Assembly: GCA_000830275.1 (NCBI GenBank)
Contig: CP010424.1
Coordinates: 420,001-452,000, forward strand
Direction: 5' to 3'
Length of the DNA stretch: 32,000 nucleotides
Source of the DNA: an archaeon GW2011_AR10
Lineage (GTDB): Archaea; Iainarchaeota; Iainarchaeia; Iainarchaeales; GW2011-AR10
The position numbers and the translations under genes are program-made. Under the pieces are notes generated by a model that was not told where the DNA came from, ran no database searches, and saw only the letters and a list, made by a program, of their open reading frames with translations. Shown here piece by piece: positions 24,009 through 31,389 of the stretch (within the stretch, counting starts at the first letter, position 1; each line of letters opens with the position of its first letter).

Positions 24009-24893
24009 ATGCCTAAAGCAATTGCAGTGCTGAGCAAAGGCAAAGGCTTTGCAGCGAAGCTCTCCGGGAAGCTTGGAATCAAAAAGCTTCCGCTCAAGTT
24101 GGATGTATTCCCAGACGGCGAATTATACGTAAGGTTTTTGGGTAGCGTGAAAGGAAAAACCATTTACATGGTGCAGAGCCTGAGCGGTGCTCCAAACAAT
24201 GCCCTGCTGGAGTTGTTCCTTGCCGCAAGAACAGCAAAAGAGCTCGGCGCAAAAAAAGTTTTCGGAATACTCCCATACCTTGGTTACATGCGCCAAGACA
24301 AAAGGTTTAAGGCAGGGGAATGCTTTTCCGCGAAAGAGGTTGCGTGGCTGTTGAGCAACTGCCTTGACAGGCTTTACACCTTTGACGCGCACCTCCACAG
24401 AATCAAATCATTGAACAAAATTTTCAGGATTCCGGCAAAAAATCTTAGTTCTGCTAAGCCAATAGCCGCATACATCAAGAAAAAATTTTCCAGCAAAAAT
24501 ACAGTTATTGTTGGCCCGGACATTGAGAGCTCGCAGTGGGCTGCAAAAATCGCGAAAAGCATTGGCTTTGAGTCAACAATTCTGCGCAAGAAGAGGTTCC
24601 ATTCAAGGAAGGTTAAAGTGCACGTTCACAAGGAACTTGAATGGAAAGGAAAAAACGTTGTCATCGTTGACGACATTGTGAGCTCTGGCCACACAATGGC
24701 TGAAGCAATCAAGGCAGTGAAAAAGCGAGGAGTCAAAGAAGTGCATTGCATCTGCATTCACGCAGTCTTCTCCGAGGATGCGCTGCGCAAAATCAGAAAA
24801 GCAGGCGCAAAAAGCATTGCAAGCTGCAACACGATTCCTCATGCAACAAATAAAATTGATGTGAGCGGTGAAATGGCGGAAGAACTTCGATGA
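24009..24893 (+). CDS. prs: ribose-phosphate pyrophosphokinase (PRPP synthase)
   Basis: FPDGELYVRF, ALLELFLAARTAKELGAKKV, ILPYLGYMRQDKRF, and the PRPP loop VVIVDDIVSSGHTM. Confidence 0.9.
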   Translation: MPKAIAVLSKGKGFAAKLSGKLGIKKLPLKLDVFPDGELYVRFLGSVKGKTIYMVQSLSGAPNNALLELFLAARTAKELGAKKVFGILPYLGYMRQDKRFKAGECFSAKEVAWLLSNCLDRLYTFDAHLHRIKSLNKIFRIPAKNLSSAKPIAAYIKKKFSSKNTVIVGPDIESSQWAAKIAKSIGFESTILRKKRFHSRKVKVHVHKELEWKGKNVVIVDDIVSSGHTMAEAIKAVKKRGVKEVHCICIHAVFSEDALRKIRKAGAKSIASCNTIPHATNKIDVSGEMAEELR

Positions 24894-25486
24894 AAAGAGT
24901 ACTGTATGTTCCTGTAACAGGACGAGGAAGAAAACCAAAACTACGCAGGCTTAGTAAATCTTCTAGTTATTCTGGAGTTGAACGTGAAGTTGTCAAGCAA
25001 TTAAGAGGAACCTTAAAACCGGCAAAGGCTATTGCAAAAGACTTTGGGATTCCTAGGAGCATGGTTACAACAATAAATCGCAGGCATGGCTGCAGAAGCA
25101 GATATATTTCTTACCTTGTGGGCCAACGACTTGGATTGAAATGGCGAGAACTCCCAAAAAGAAACCTTCTCTCCGTAGAACATAAAAATAGAATTATTAA
25201 GCAAAATCTTCGATTCATTAGAAATTTTGCCGGAAAGTACAGGGAGTGGGGCACAAAACAAGACAGGGAGGATTTAATGCAGCAGGCTACTTTAATGGCA
25301 TTTGAAGCACTGGATCATTATGACCCGGCTCTTTGCAGCGAAAGGGTCTTTGTTTTACTTGTTACAAGGAAAGTAATCAGGGCAACTGGTTATGACATTC
25401 GCTTGCAGAAAAAACTTTTCAGCAGTCTTGATGAATTCCCTTTGCTTGAATCCCATGCAACCGGAAAAGAAAAACCACATATTTAA
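24890..25486 (+). CDS. hypothetical DNA-binding protein: N-terminal HTH plus sigma-70 region-2-like domain
   Basis: ATG overlaps the prs stop (ATGA). Residues ~40-66, KPAKAIAKDFGIPRSMVTTINRRHG, look like an HTH. Residues ~98-166, IIKQNLRFIRNFAGKY...REDLMQQATLMAFEALDHYDP...VFVLLVTRKVIRA, parallel sigma-70 region 2 ([16 protein letters not shown]...[18 protein letters not shown]...). Confidence 0.6.
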   Translation: MKRVLYVPVTGRGRKPKLRRLSKSSSYSGVEREVVKQLRGTLKPAKAIAKDFGIPRSMVTTINRRHGCRSRYISYLVGQRLGLKWRELPKRNLLSVEHKNRIIKQNLRFIRNFAGKYREWGTKQDREDLMQQATLMAFEALDHYDPALCSERVFVLLVTRKVIRATGYDIRLQKKLFSSLDEFPLLESHATGKEKPHI

Positions 25487-25537
25487 ATACAAGTTTGCTA
25501 CATAATTGTTTTAAGCCGCAAAGGCCGGAGTCCTCTG

Positions 25538-25548
25538 TTTTTATTTTT
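25538..25548 (+). terminator. oligo-T tract (tttttattttt) after the sigma-like gene
   Basis: Lies about 50 nt after the stop at 25486 and is preceded by a short GC stem (gccgcaaaggc). Confidence 0.45.
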
Positions 25549-25563
25549 CCGCGAGAAAGAAGG

Positions 25564-25571
25564 TTTAAATA
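25564..25571 (+). promoter_or_regulatory. TATA box TTTAAATA for the pyr operon
   Basis: Consensus TATA with a purine-rich BRE-like agaaagaagg upstream, about 30 nt before the pyrB start at 25602. Confidence 0.55.
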
Positions 25572-25601
25572 TCTTTAATGTCAATAATTTGAAGGGTTGG
25601 A

Positions 25602-26549
25602 TTGAAAGGAAAAAACCCGGACAAATTCTCGCTGACAGACGTTGTTTCAATCGCTGATTTTTCCAGAGCAGACATCGAATTTGTTTTGCGCAGGGCAGCG
25701 GAAATGGAGAAAACGCCGCAAAGCAAAAAAGAAAAAATCCTGCACGGCAAAACTGTTGCCTCGCTTTTCTTTGAGCCAAGCACTCGCACAAGGCTGAGTT
25801 TTGAAACCGCGATTCAAAACCTTGGCGGGAAAGTAATTGGCTTTCCAGAAGCTGAAGTTACCTCGGGCCAGAAAGGGGAAACAACAAGCGATGCAATCAG
25901 GATAATTGCCAATTACGCTGACATTATTGTTATGCGGCATTACATTGAGGGCGCGGCACGCAGGGCAGCAGAGATTAGCAGCAAGCCAATAATTAATGCT
26001 GGCGACGGCTCGAACCAGCACCCAACGCAAACCCTTCTTGACCTTTACACAATAAAAAAAGAGTTCGGAAAAATCGACGGATTAAGCATCGGAATGGTTG
26101 GAGACCTGAAGTATGGCAGAACTGTTCACAGCCTAGCTTACGCGCTTGCACTGTTCAAAGAAATAAAGCTTTACCTTATTGCGCCTGATTCGCTTAAAAT
26201 GCCACGACACATAATTGAGGACATAAAAGGAAGGGTTGCAGTGCATGAAACCTCTGACTTGAACAAGTTTTTGCCGGAGGTTGACATACTCTATGCAACG
26301 CGCATCCAGAAGGAAAGGTTTCCGGATGCAGTTGAGTACGAGAAAGTGAAAAACGTTTACATTATCAGGAAAAAAACCCTCCAGAACACAAAAAAAGGGT
26401 TCAGGATAATGCACCCGCTGCCACGCGTAAATGAAATCTCCACAGACCTTGATGACACGGAAGCGGCAATTTACTTTAAGCAGGCCGCAAACGGCATCCC
26501 AATCAGAGAAGCAATCCTTTCAATTCTTGCAGGGGCGAAGAAGAAATGA
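25602..26549 (+). CDS. pyrB: aspartate carbamoyltransferase catalytic subunit
   Basis: FFEPSTRTRLSFE, HPTQ and HPLPR motifs. TTG is the first possible start after an in-frame stop at 25590. Confidence 0.93.
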   Translation: MKGKNPDKFSLTDVVSIADFSRADIEFVLRRAAEMEKTPQSKKEKILHGKTVASLFFEPSTRTRLSFETAIQNLGGKVIGFPEAEVTSGQKGETTSDAIRIIANYADIIVMRHYIEGAARRAAEISSKPIINAGDGSNQHPTQTLLDLYTIKKEFGKIDGLSIGMVGDLKYGRTVHSLAYALALFKEIKLYLIAPDSLKMPRHIIEDIKGRVAVHETSDLNKFLPEVDILYATRIQKERFPDAVEYEKVKNVYIIRKKTLQNTKKGFRIMHPLPRVNEISTDLDDTEAAIYFKQAANGIPIREAILSILAGAKKK

Positions 26550-27028
26550 AGGAAAAAGATTCCGGGAAAGAGAAAATGGGGGAAAAAAAGATTTACATCA
26601 CTCCAATAAAGGAAGGAACTGCAATTGACCATCTTGCGCCAGGTGCAGCGCTGAAAATACTTGAAGTTCTTGACCTAAAGGAGTTTCCCGTAACAGCTGC
26701 AATGAATGTTGGCAGCAAAAAAATGGGGAAAAAGGACCTTATTTTCATTGAGGGAAAAAAGCTCTCAGGAAAGGAAACAGAAAAGATTGCGCTGATTGGG
26801 AAAGGTGGAACCCTCAACATCATCAGCAATGCAAGCATTGTGAAAAAAGTGCAGCTAAACTATCCCGAAGAGGTCAGCGGCATAATCAGGTGCATTAATC
26901 CTAAATGCATTTCAAATGCCGAGGGAATTCCTGCAAAGTTCTCGATTAAGAGTGAGCCGCTGAAGGCAACCTGTTTTTACTGTGAAACAAGAATGAATGA
27001 GAACGAAATAATTAATTCAATAAAGTGA
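26546..27028 (+). CDS. pyrI: aspartate carbamoyltransferase regulatory subunit
   Basis: ITPIKEGTAIDH, plus a C-terminal zinc domain CINPKCIS...CFYCE. ATGA overlap with pyrB; ATG 26576 is an alternative start. Confidence 0.9.
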   Translation: MKEKDSGKEKMGEKKIYITPIKEGTAIDHLAPGAALKILEVLDLKEFPVTAAMNVGSKKMGKKDLIFIEGKKLSGKETEKIALIGKGGTLNIISNASIVKKVQLNYPEEVSGIIRCINPKCISNAEGIPAKFSIKSEPLKATCFYCETRMNENEIINSIK

Positions 27029-27032
27029 GCCC

Positions 27033-27944
27033 ATGCTTGAAACGAATTTGGCAGGAATCAAGCTGAAAAACCCGACAGTATTGGTTTCTGGAATCCTTGG
27101 CGTGACAGGGCAAAGCATGGCTCGCGCAGCAAAAGGCGGAGCGGCAGCAGTAACAATGAAAAGCGTGGGCCCGAAGCCTTGGCTTGGCTACCATAACCCA
27201 ACGGTTGTTGCAAACGAGCACTTCATGTTGAATGCTGTTGGCCTGCCTTCCCCTGGCTACAAAAACAATGAAGCAGAATGGAATGGCTTAGGGGAACTGC
27301 AGAAAAAAGACGTTAGGGTTTTCGCAAGCCTTTACGCTTGGACGCTGGAAGAAATGGAGGAAATTGCTGAAAGCATAGCTGCAAGGAAGCCTGACTTGAT
27401 TGAAATTGATTTGAGCTGCCCGCACATGAAGGAAGCAGGAGAATTCGCTTTCAACCCTGAGCAGGCAGCTGCAGCTGTCAGCGCGGTTAAAGGAAAAGCA
27501 GGAAAGGTTCCAGTGTTTCCAAAGCTGAGCCCGAACACTAACCGAATGGTTGAGATTGCAAAGGCATGCGAGGAGGCAGGAGCTGACGGCATTTCAGCAA
27601 TCAATACTGTTGGAGGAATGGCAATTGACATCGAAATGAGGAAGCCTGTGCTTGCAAACAAAACAGGGGGCATTTCTGGCCCTGCAATCAAGCCGGTTGC
27701 AATCAAGGCGGTTTATCAGTTGTATGATGCCTTGAAAATTCCTGTTCTTGGAATGGGAGGCTGCACCAATGGAAGGGACGCAATTGAATTCATTCAAGCA
27801 GGAGCCTCAGCTGTGGGCATTGGCACGGCAGTATATTACCGCGGCATTGATGTTTTCAGCAAAGTATGCTTGGAAATGCAGCAGTGGATGAAAGAAAATT
27901 CTGTTAAAAGCGTGAAGGAACTGGTGGGGGCAGCGCATGAATAA
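27033..27944 (+). CDS. pyrD: dihydroorotate dehydrogenase, class 1B catalytic subunit
   Basis: LKNPTVLVSGILG, MKSVGPKP, NAVGLPSPGY, DLSCPH, GGISGPAIKPVA. Confidence 0.92.
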   Translation: MLETNLAGIKLKNPTVLVSGILGVTGQSMARAAKGGAAAVTMKSVGPKPWLGYHNPTVVANEHFMLNAVGLPSPGYKNNEAEWNGLGELQKKDVRVFASLYAWTLEEMEEIAESIAARKPDLIEIDLSCPHMKEAGEFAFNPEQAAAAVSAVKGKAGKVPVFPKLSPNTNRMVEIAKACEEAGADGISAINTVGGMAIDIEMRKPVLANKTGGISGPAIKPVAIKAVYQLYDALKIPVLGMGGCTNGRDAIEFIQAGASAVGIGTAVYYRGIDVFSKVCLEMQQWMKENSVKSVKELVGAAHE

Positions 27945-28779
27945 AAACGTTTTAAGCGAATTGCATCGCATGGATTTCCCGAAGGCAGCCAGCATTGAAA
28001 GGGTTGAAACCGAAAACGGGAACACGAAAACTTTTTACTTTAAAAACGAGTGGAATGCAAGGCCGGGGCAGTTCTTCATGGTGTGGCTGCCTGGCATTGA
28101 TGAGCTGCCGATGAGCCCATCGCTTCTTGGAAAAGAGTTGGCAATAACGGTTGAGGGCAGAGGCAATGGAAGCAGAAAAATGCTTGAGTGGAGAAAAGGC
28201 GACTTGGCGGGATTGCGCGGGCCATATGGCAGCACTTTTTCGTTGAAAGCCAGAAAGCCTTTGATTGTTGCAGGCGGCATTGGCGTAACACCATTGGTGA
28301 CGCTGGCGCAGGCATTCTTTACTGAGAAGGGCATTAAGCCGGAGTTTGTTTACGGTGCTCGCACCAAAAGACAGTTCATTCTGCTAAAGCACATCAAAAA
28401 ATATTCAAACCTGCATTTAATGACTGACGATGGCAGCACAGGAGGAAAAGGTTTAAGCACTGACAAAATGCGGGAGCTGCTTGGAAAAGGAAAGTTTGAT
28501 TCTGTTTACGCTTGCGGGCCAGAGCAGATGATGGTGAAAGTGCTTGAAATAGCTGGAAAAAATAAGCTGCCGTGCGAGTTAAGCTTTGAAAGGTTCATGA
28601 AATGCGGTTTCGGTGTATGCGGCCACTGCATGCTTGATGACAAAATCGTGTGCATTGACGGCCCTGTCCTGAGTGCAGCGCAGCTAAAAAAGTCAGAAGA
28701 CTTCGGAAAATACGCAATTATTAGGACGGGAAAGAGGGTTCCGCTGAAAGAATTTTTTGAGTGGAAAGACGATGACTAA
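27937..28779 (+). CDS. pyrK: dihydroorotate dehydrogenase electron-transfer subunit (FAD/2Fe-2S)
   Basis: Ferredoxin-reductase-like fold with the C-terminal cluster CGFGVCGHC...C. 8-nt overlap with pyrD. Confidence 0.88.
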   Translation: MNKNVLSELHRMDFPKAASIERVETENGNTKTFYFKNEWNARPGQFFMVWLPGIDELPMSPSLLGKELAITVEGRGNGSRKMLEWRKGDLAGLRGPYGSTFSLKARKPLIVAGGIGVTPLVTLAQAFFTEKGIKPEFVYGARTKRQFILLKHIKKYSNLHLMTDDGSTGGKGLSTDKMRELLGKGKFDSVYACGPEQMMVKVLEIAGKNKLPCELSFERFMKCGFGVCGHCMLDDKIVCIDGPVLSAAQLKKSEDFGKYAIIRTGKRVPLKEFFEWKDDD

Positions 28780-30088
28780 TGCGGATTTGCTGCTTCAGAA
28801 CTGCACAGTTCTGAGGAAAGGGAAACCAGAGCAGTCAAACGTTTCGGTTAAGAACGGGCTAATTGAAAGTATTTCAAGTGAGGCAGTGCAGGCAAAGAAA
28901 ACCGTTGACTGCTTGGGAAAACTGGTTATGCCTGCAGGAATTGACGTGCACGTGCATTTCAGGGTGCCGGGAGCAACGCAAAAAGAGGACTGGAAAACAG
29001 GGAGCAGGGCAGCGCTTGCAGGGGGCATTGCAACAGTGCTCGACATGCCTAACAATAAGCCGGCAGCCATAACAGGCAAAGTGCTTGCATTTAAGAGGAA
29101 AACCGCTGCAAGGGATTCGCTCTGCAACTACGGCTTTCATTTCGGTGCAACGCCTGAAACTATTGGCACTATCGCAAAGTTAGTGCACGTTAATTCAGTC
29201 AAGCTTTACATGGGGGCCAGCACAGGCAACCTGTTGTTTGGTTCAGGCGCAAAACTCAAGCAGTTGTTTTATGCATCGAAGCAGAAGAACCTTGTTGTGT
29301 GCGTTCACGCTGAGGACGAGCAATTAATAGTTGAGAACTCAAACAGGTTCATGAAAAAAACTGATCCGCTGATTCACGGAATGGTTAGAAGCAGGGAAGC
29401 AGAAATTCTGGCGGTTGAGAAAGCTTTAATCGCGCAGGAGGAAACCGGCAACAGGCTGCATTTCTGCCACATAAGCTGCAGGGACAGCATTGAAATGATT
29501 GCTGAAGCAAAAGAGGGAGGCAGAAAAATAAGCTGTGAAGTAACCCCCCACCATCTTTTCTTGGAAGAGAAAAGCATTGAGAAGCTGCGGAATTTTGGGA
29601 AAGTCAATCCTCCGCTGAGGCAGCAGAACGATGTAAATGCATTGTGGAAAGGCATTGCTGACAAAACTGTTGATGTGGTTGCATCAGACCACGCACCGCA
29701 CTTGCCGCTGGAAAAGAAAAAAAGCTACTGGAGTGCTCCGTCAGGAATTCCGGGCATTGAAACAATGCTGCCCTTGCTTTTCAATGCAGCAAGCAGTGGC
29801 AGGCTAAGCCTTGAAAGAGTAAACGAACTGGTGTGCGGGAACCCTGCAAAAATTTTTGGCATTAAAGGAAAAGGGTTTCTGGAGAAGGGAATGGACGCTG
29901 ACCTCATAGTGGTGGACTTGAACAGGAAAAAACATGTAAAGAATGAGGAGCTTTTCACTAAATGTGGGTGGAGCCCTTGGAACGGGGAAACCTTTAAAGG
30001 GGTTGTCGAGAAAACAATTGTTAGAGGCAATATTGTGTTCGACAATGCCTTGTTTGCTTCTGATTTCAGGGGAAAAGAGGTTTTTTGA
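28772..30088 (+). CDS. pyrC: dihydroorotase
   Basis: GIDVHVHFRVPG...KEDWKTGSRAALAGGIATVLDMPN, and later VASDHAPH. ATG 28772 (MTNADLLLQNC) is preferred over the TTG at 28757. Confidence 0.9.
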   Translation: MTNADLLLQNCTVLRKGKPEQSNVSVKNGLIESISSEAVQAKKTVDCLGKLVMPAGIDVHVHFRVPGATQKEDWKTGSRAALAGGIATVLDMPNNKPAAITGKVLAFKRKTAARDSLCNYGFHFGATPETIGTIAKLVHVNSVKLYMGASTGNLLFGSGAKLKQLFYASKQKNLVVCVHAEDEQLIVENSNRFMKKTDPLIHGMVRSREAEILAVEKALIAQEETGNRLHFCHISCRDSIEMIAEAKEGGRKISCEVTPHHLFLEEKSIEKLRNFGKVNPPLRQQNDVNALWKGIADKTVDVVASDHAPHLPLEKKKSYWSAPSGIPGIETMLPLLFNAASSGRLSLERVNELVCGNPAKIFGIKGKGFLEKGMDADLIVVDLNRKKHVKNEELFTKCGWSPWNGETFKGVVEKTIVRGNIVFDNALFASDFRGKEVF

Positions 30089-30684
30089 TGGATGAAAAAA
30101 AGATTTGCTTGGACCTTTTCGAGATTGGCGCAATAAAGTTCGGAAGCTTTACGCTGAAAAGCGGGAAAAAAAGCCCGATTTATATTGACTTGAGGGTGCT
30201 TGTTTCTTATCCGAGAGTGCTTAAAGATGTAGCGGCAGCTCTTTATGACAAGACAAAGGGCCTTGAGTTTGACCGCATTGCAGGAATTCCTTACGCGGCA
30301 ATCGCAATAGCAACAGCTGTAAGCCTTCACGCAGAGGTGCCAATGATTTACCCAAGAAAAGAGCAGAAAGAGTACGGCACCAAAAGGGCAATTGAAGGGG
30401 TTTTCGAGAAAGGTGAAACAGTGCTTGTGTACGATGACCTGATTACCACCGGGGCAAGCAAGTTTGAGGCGATTGCTCCACTGGAAGAGGCAGGGCTGAA
30501 AGTTAAGGACATTGTGGTTTTGGTTGACAGGGAGCAGGGCGGAAAACAAGAGCTTGCAGTAAAAGGCTACAAGCTGCATGCAGTCATGACAATTTCAAAG
30601 CTGCTTGAATGCCTGATGGAAAGCAGAAAAGTAACAGAAAAACAGTTCAGGGAAGTAAAAAAATATTTGGATGGAGAAAAATGA
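30088..30684 (+). CDS. pyrE: orotate phosphoribosyltransferase
   Basis: FTLKSGKKSPIYIDLR and the PRPP loop VLVYDDLITTGASK. ATG 30088 has GAGGT 6 nt upstream and a TGATG overlap with pyrC. Confidence 0.92.
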   Translation: MDEKKICLDLFEIGAIKFGSFTLKSGKKSPIYIDLRVLVSYPRVLKDVAAALYDKTKGLEFDRIAGIPYAAIAIATAVSLHAEVPMIYPRKEQKEYGTKRAIEGVFEKGETVLVYDDLITTGASKFEAIAPLEEAGLKVKDIVVLVDREQGGKQELAVKGYKLHAVMTISKLLECLMESRKVTEKQFREVKKYLDGEK

Positions 30685-31388
30685 GTTGGCCTATAAATAA
30701 GAACAAGAGCATTATTCCTGCATGCGACTTTTCTTCGCTTAAAAAACTAGGGGAAATCGTGGAAACCACGCATGACTTGAAGGGCGTTGGAGCATACAAA
30801 ATCGGTTTCCAGCTGGCATTATCGCATGGGCTGCCAAAAGTGGTTAAAGAAGTAAGGGAATTCACTGACAAGCCAATAATTTATGACCACCAGAAAGCCG
30901 GCACTGACATTCCTGAAACAGGGAAAGGGTTTTCGGGGGTTTGCAGCAGTGCAGGAATTGATGCCGTTATTCTTTTCCCTTTTGCTGGCATTGAAACAGA
31001 GGCTGAATGGATTCTGGCATGCAGGGAAGCACGCCTTGGAGTAATAGTTGGCGGGGAAATGACTCACAAGGGCTTTCTTGAAAAAGAAGGGGGCTTCATT
31101 TCAGAGAAGGAGGCAGAAAAAATTTATTTTACGGCAATTGAGAATGGGGTGAAAGATTTTGTTGTTCCGGGCAACAAGCCGGAAAAAATCAGCCATTACA
31201 GGAAACTGATTGATGGGAAGGTAGCTGAAGCAACTCTTTACTCTCCAGGCCTTGTAGCGCAGGGAGGAAAAATAACTGATTCTGGAAAAGCTGCAGGCAA
31301 AAAATGGCACGCAATTGTTGGAAGAGCAATTTACGAATCCGGGAATCCAAGAAAGGCAGCTGAAGAGCTCTCCAAGGAACTCAAGTAA
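30681..31388 (+). CDS. pyrF: orotidine 5'-phosphate decarboxylase (divergent)
   Basis: ATGA overlap with pyrE. TIM-barrel-like pattern: IIPACDF..., YKIGFQL, IIYDHQKAGTDIPET, LYSPGL, HAIVGRAIYESGNPRKAAEEL. Position at the end of the pyr operon. Confidence 0.78.
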   Translation: MSWPINKNKSIIPACDFSSLKKLGEIVETTHDLKGVGAYKIGFQLALSHGLPKVVKEVREFTDKPIIYDHQKAGTDIPETGKGFSGVCSSAGIDAVILFPFAGIETEAEWILACREARLGVIVGGEMTHKGFLEKEGGFISEKEAEKIYFTAIENGVKDFVVPGNKPEKISHYRKLIDGKVAEATLYSPGLVAQGGKITDSGKAAGKKWHAIVGRAIYESGNPRKAAEELSKELK

Positions 31389-31389
31389 T

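Noticed and set aside
29725-30579. 284-aa minus-strand ORF spanning the pyrC/pyrE junction.
   Set aside because: It is Cys/Phe/Leu/Asn-rich with no motifs. It is antisense to two well-supported pyr genes and crosses their boundary.
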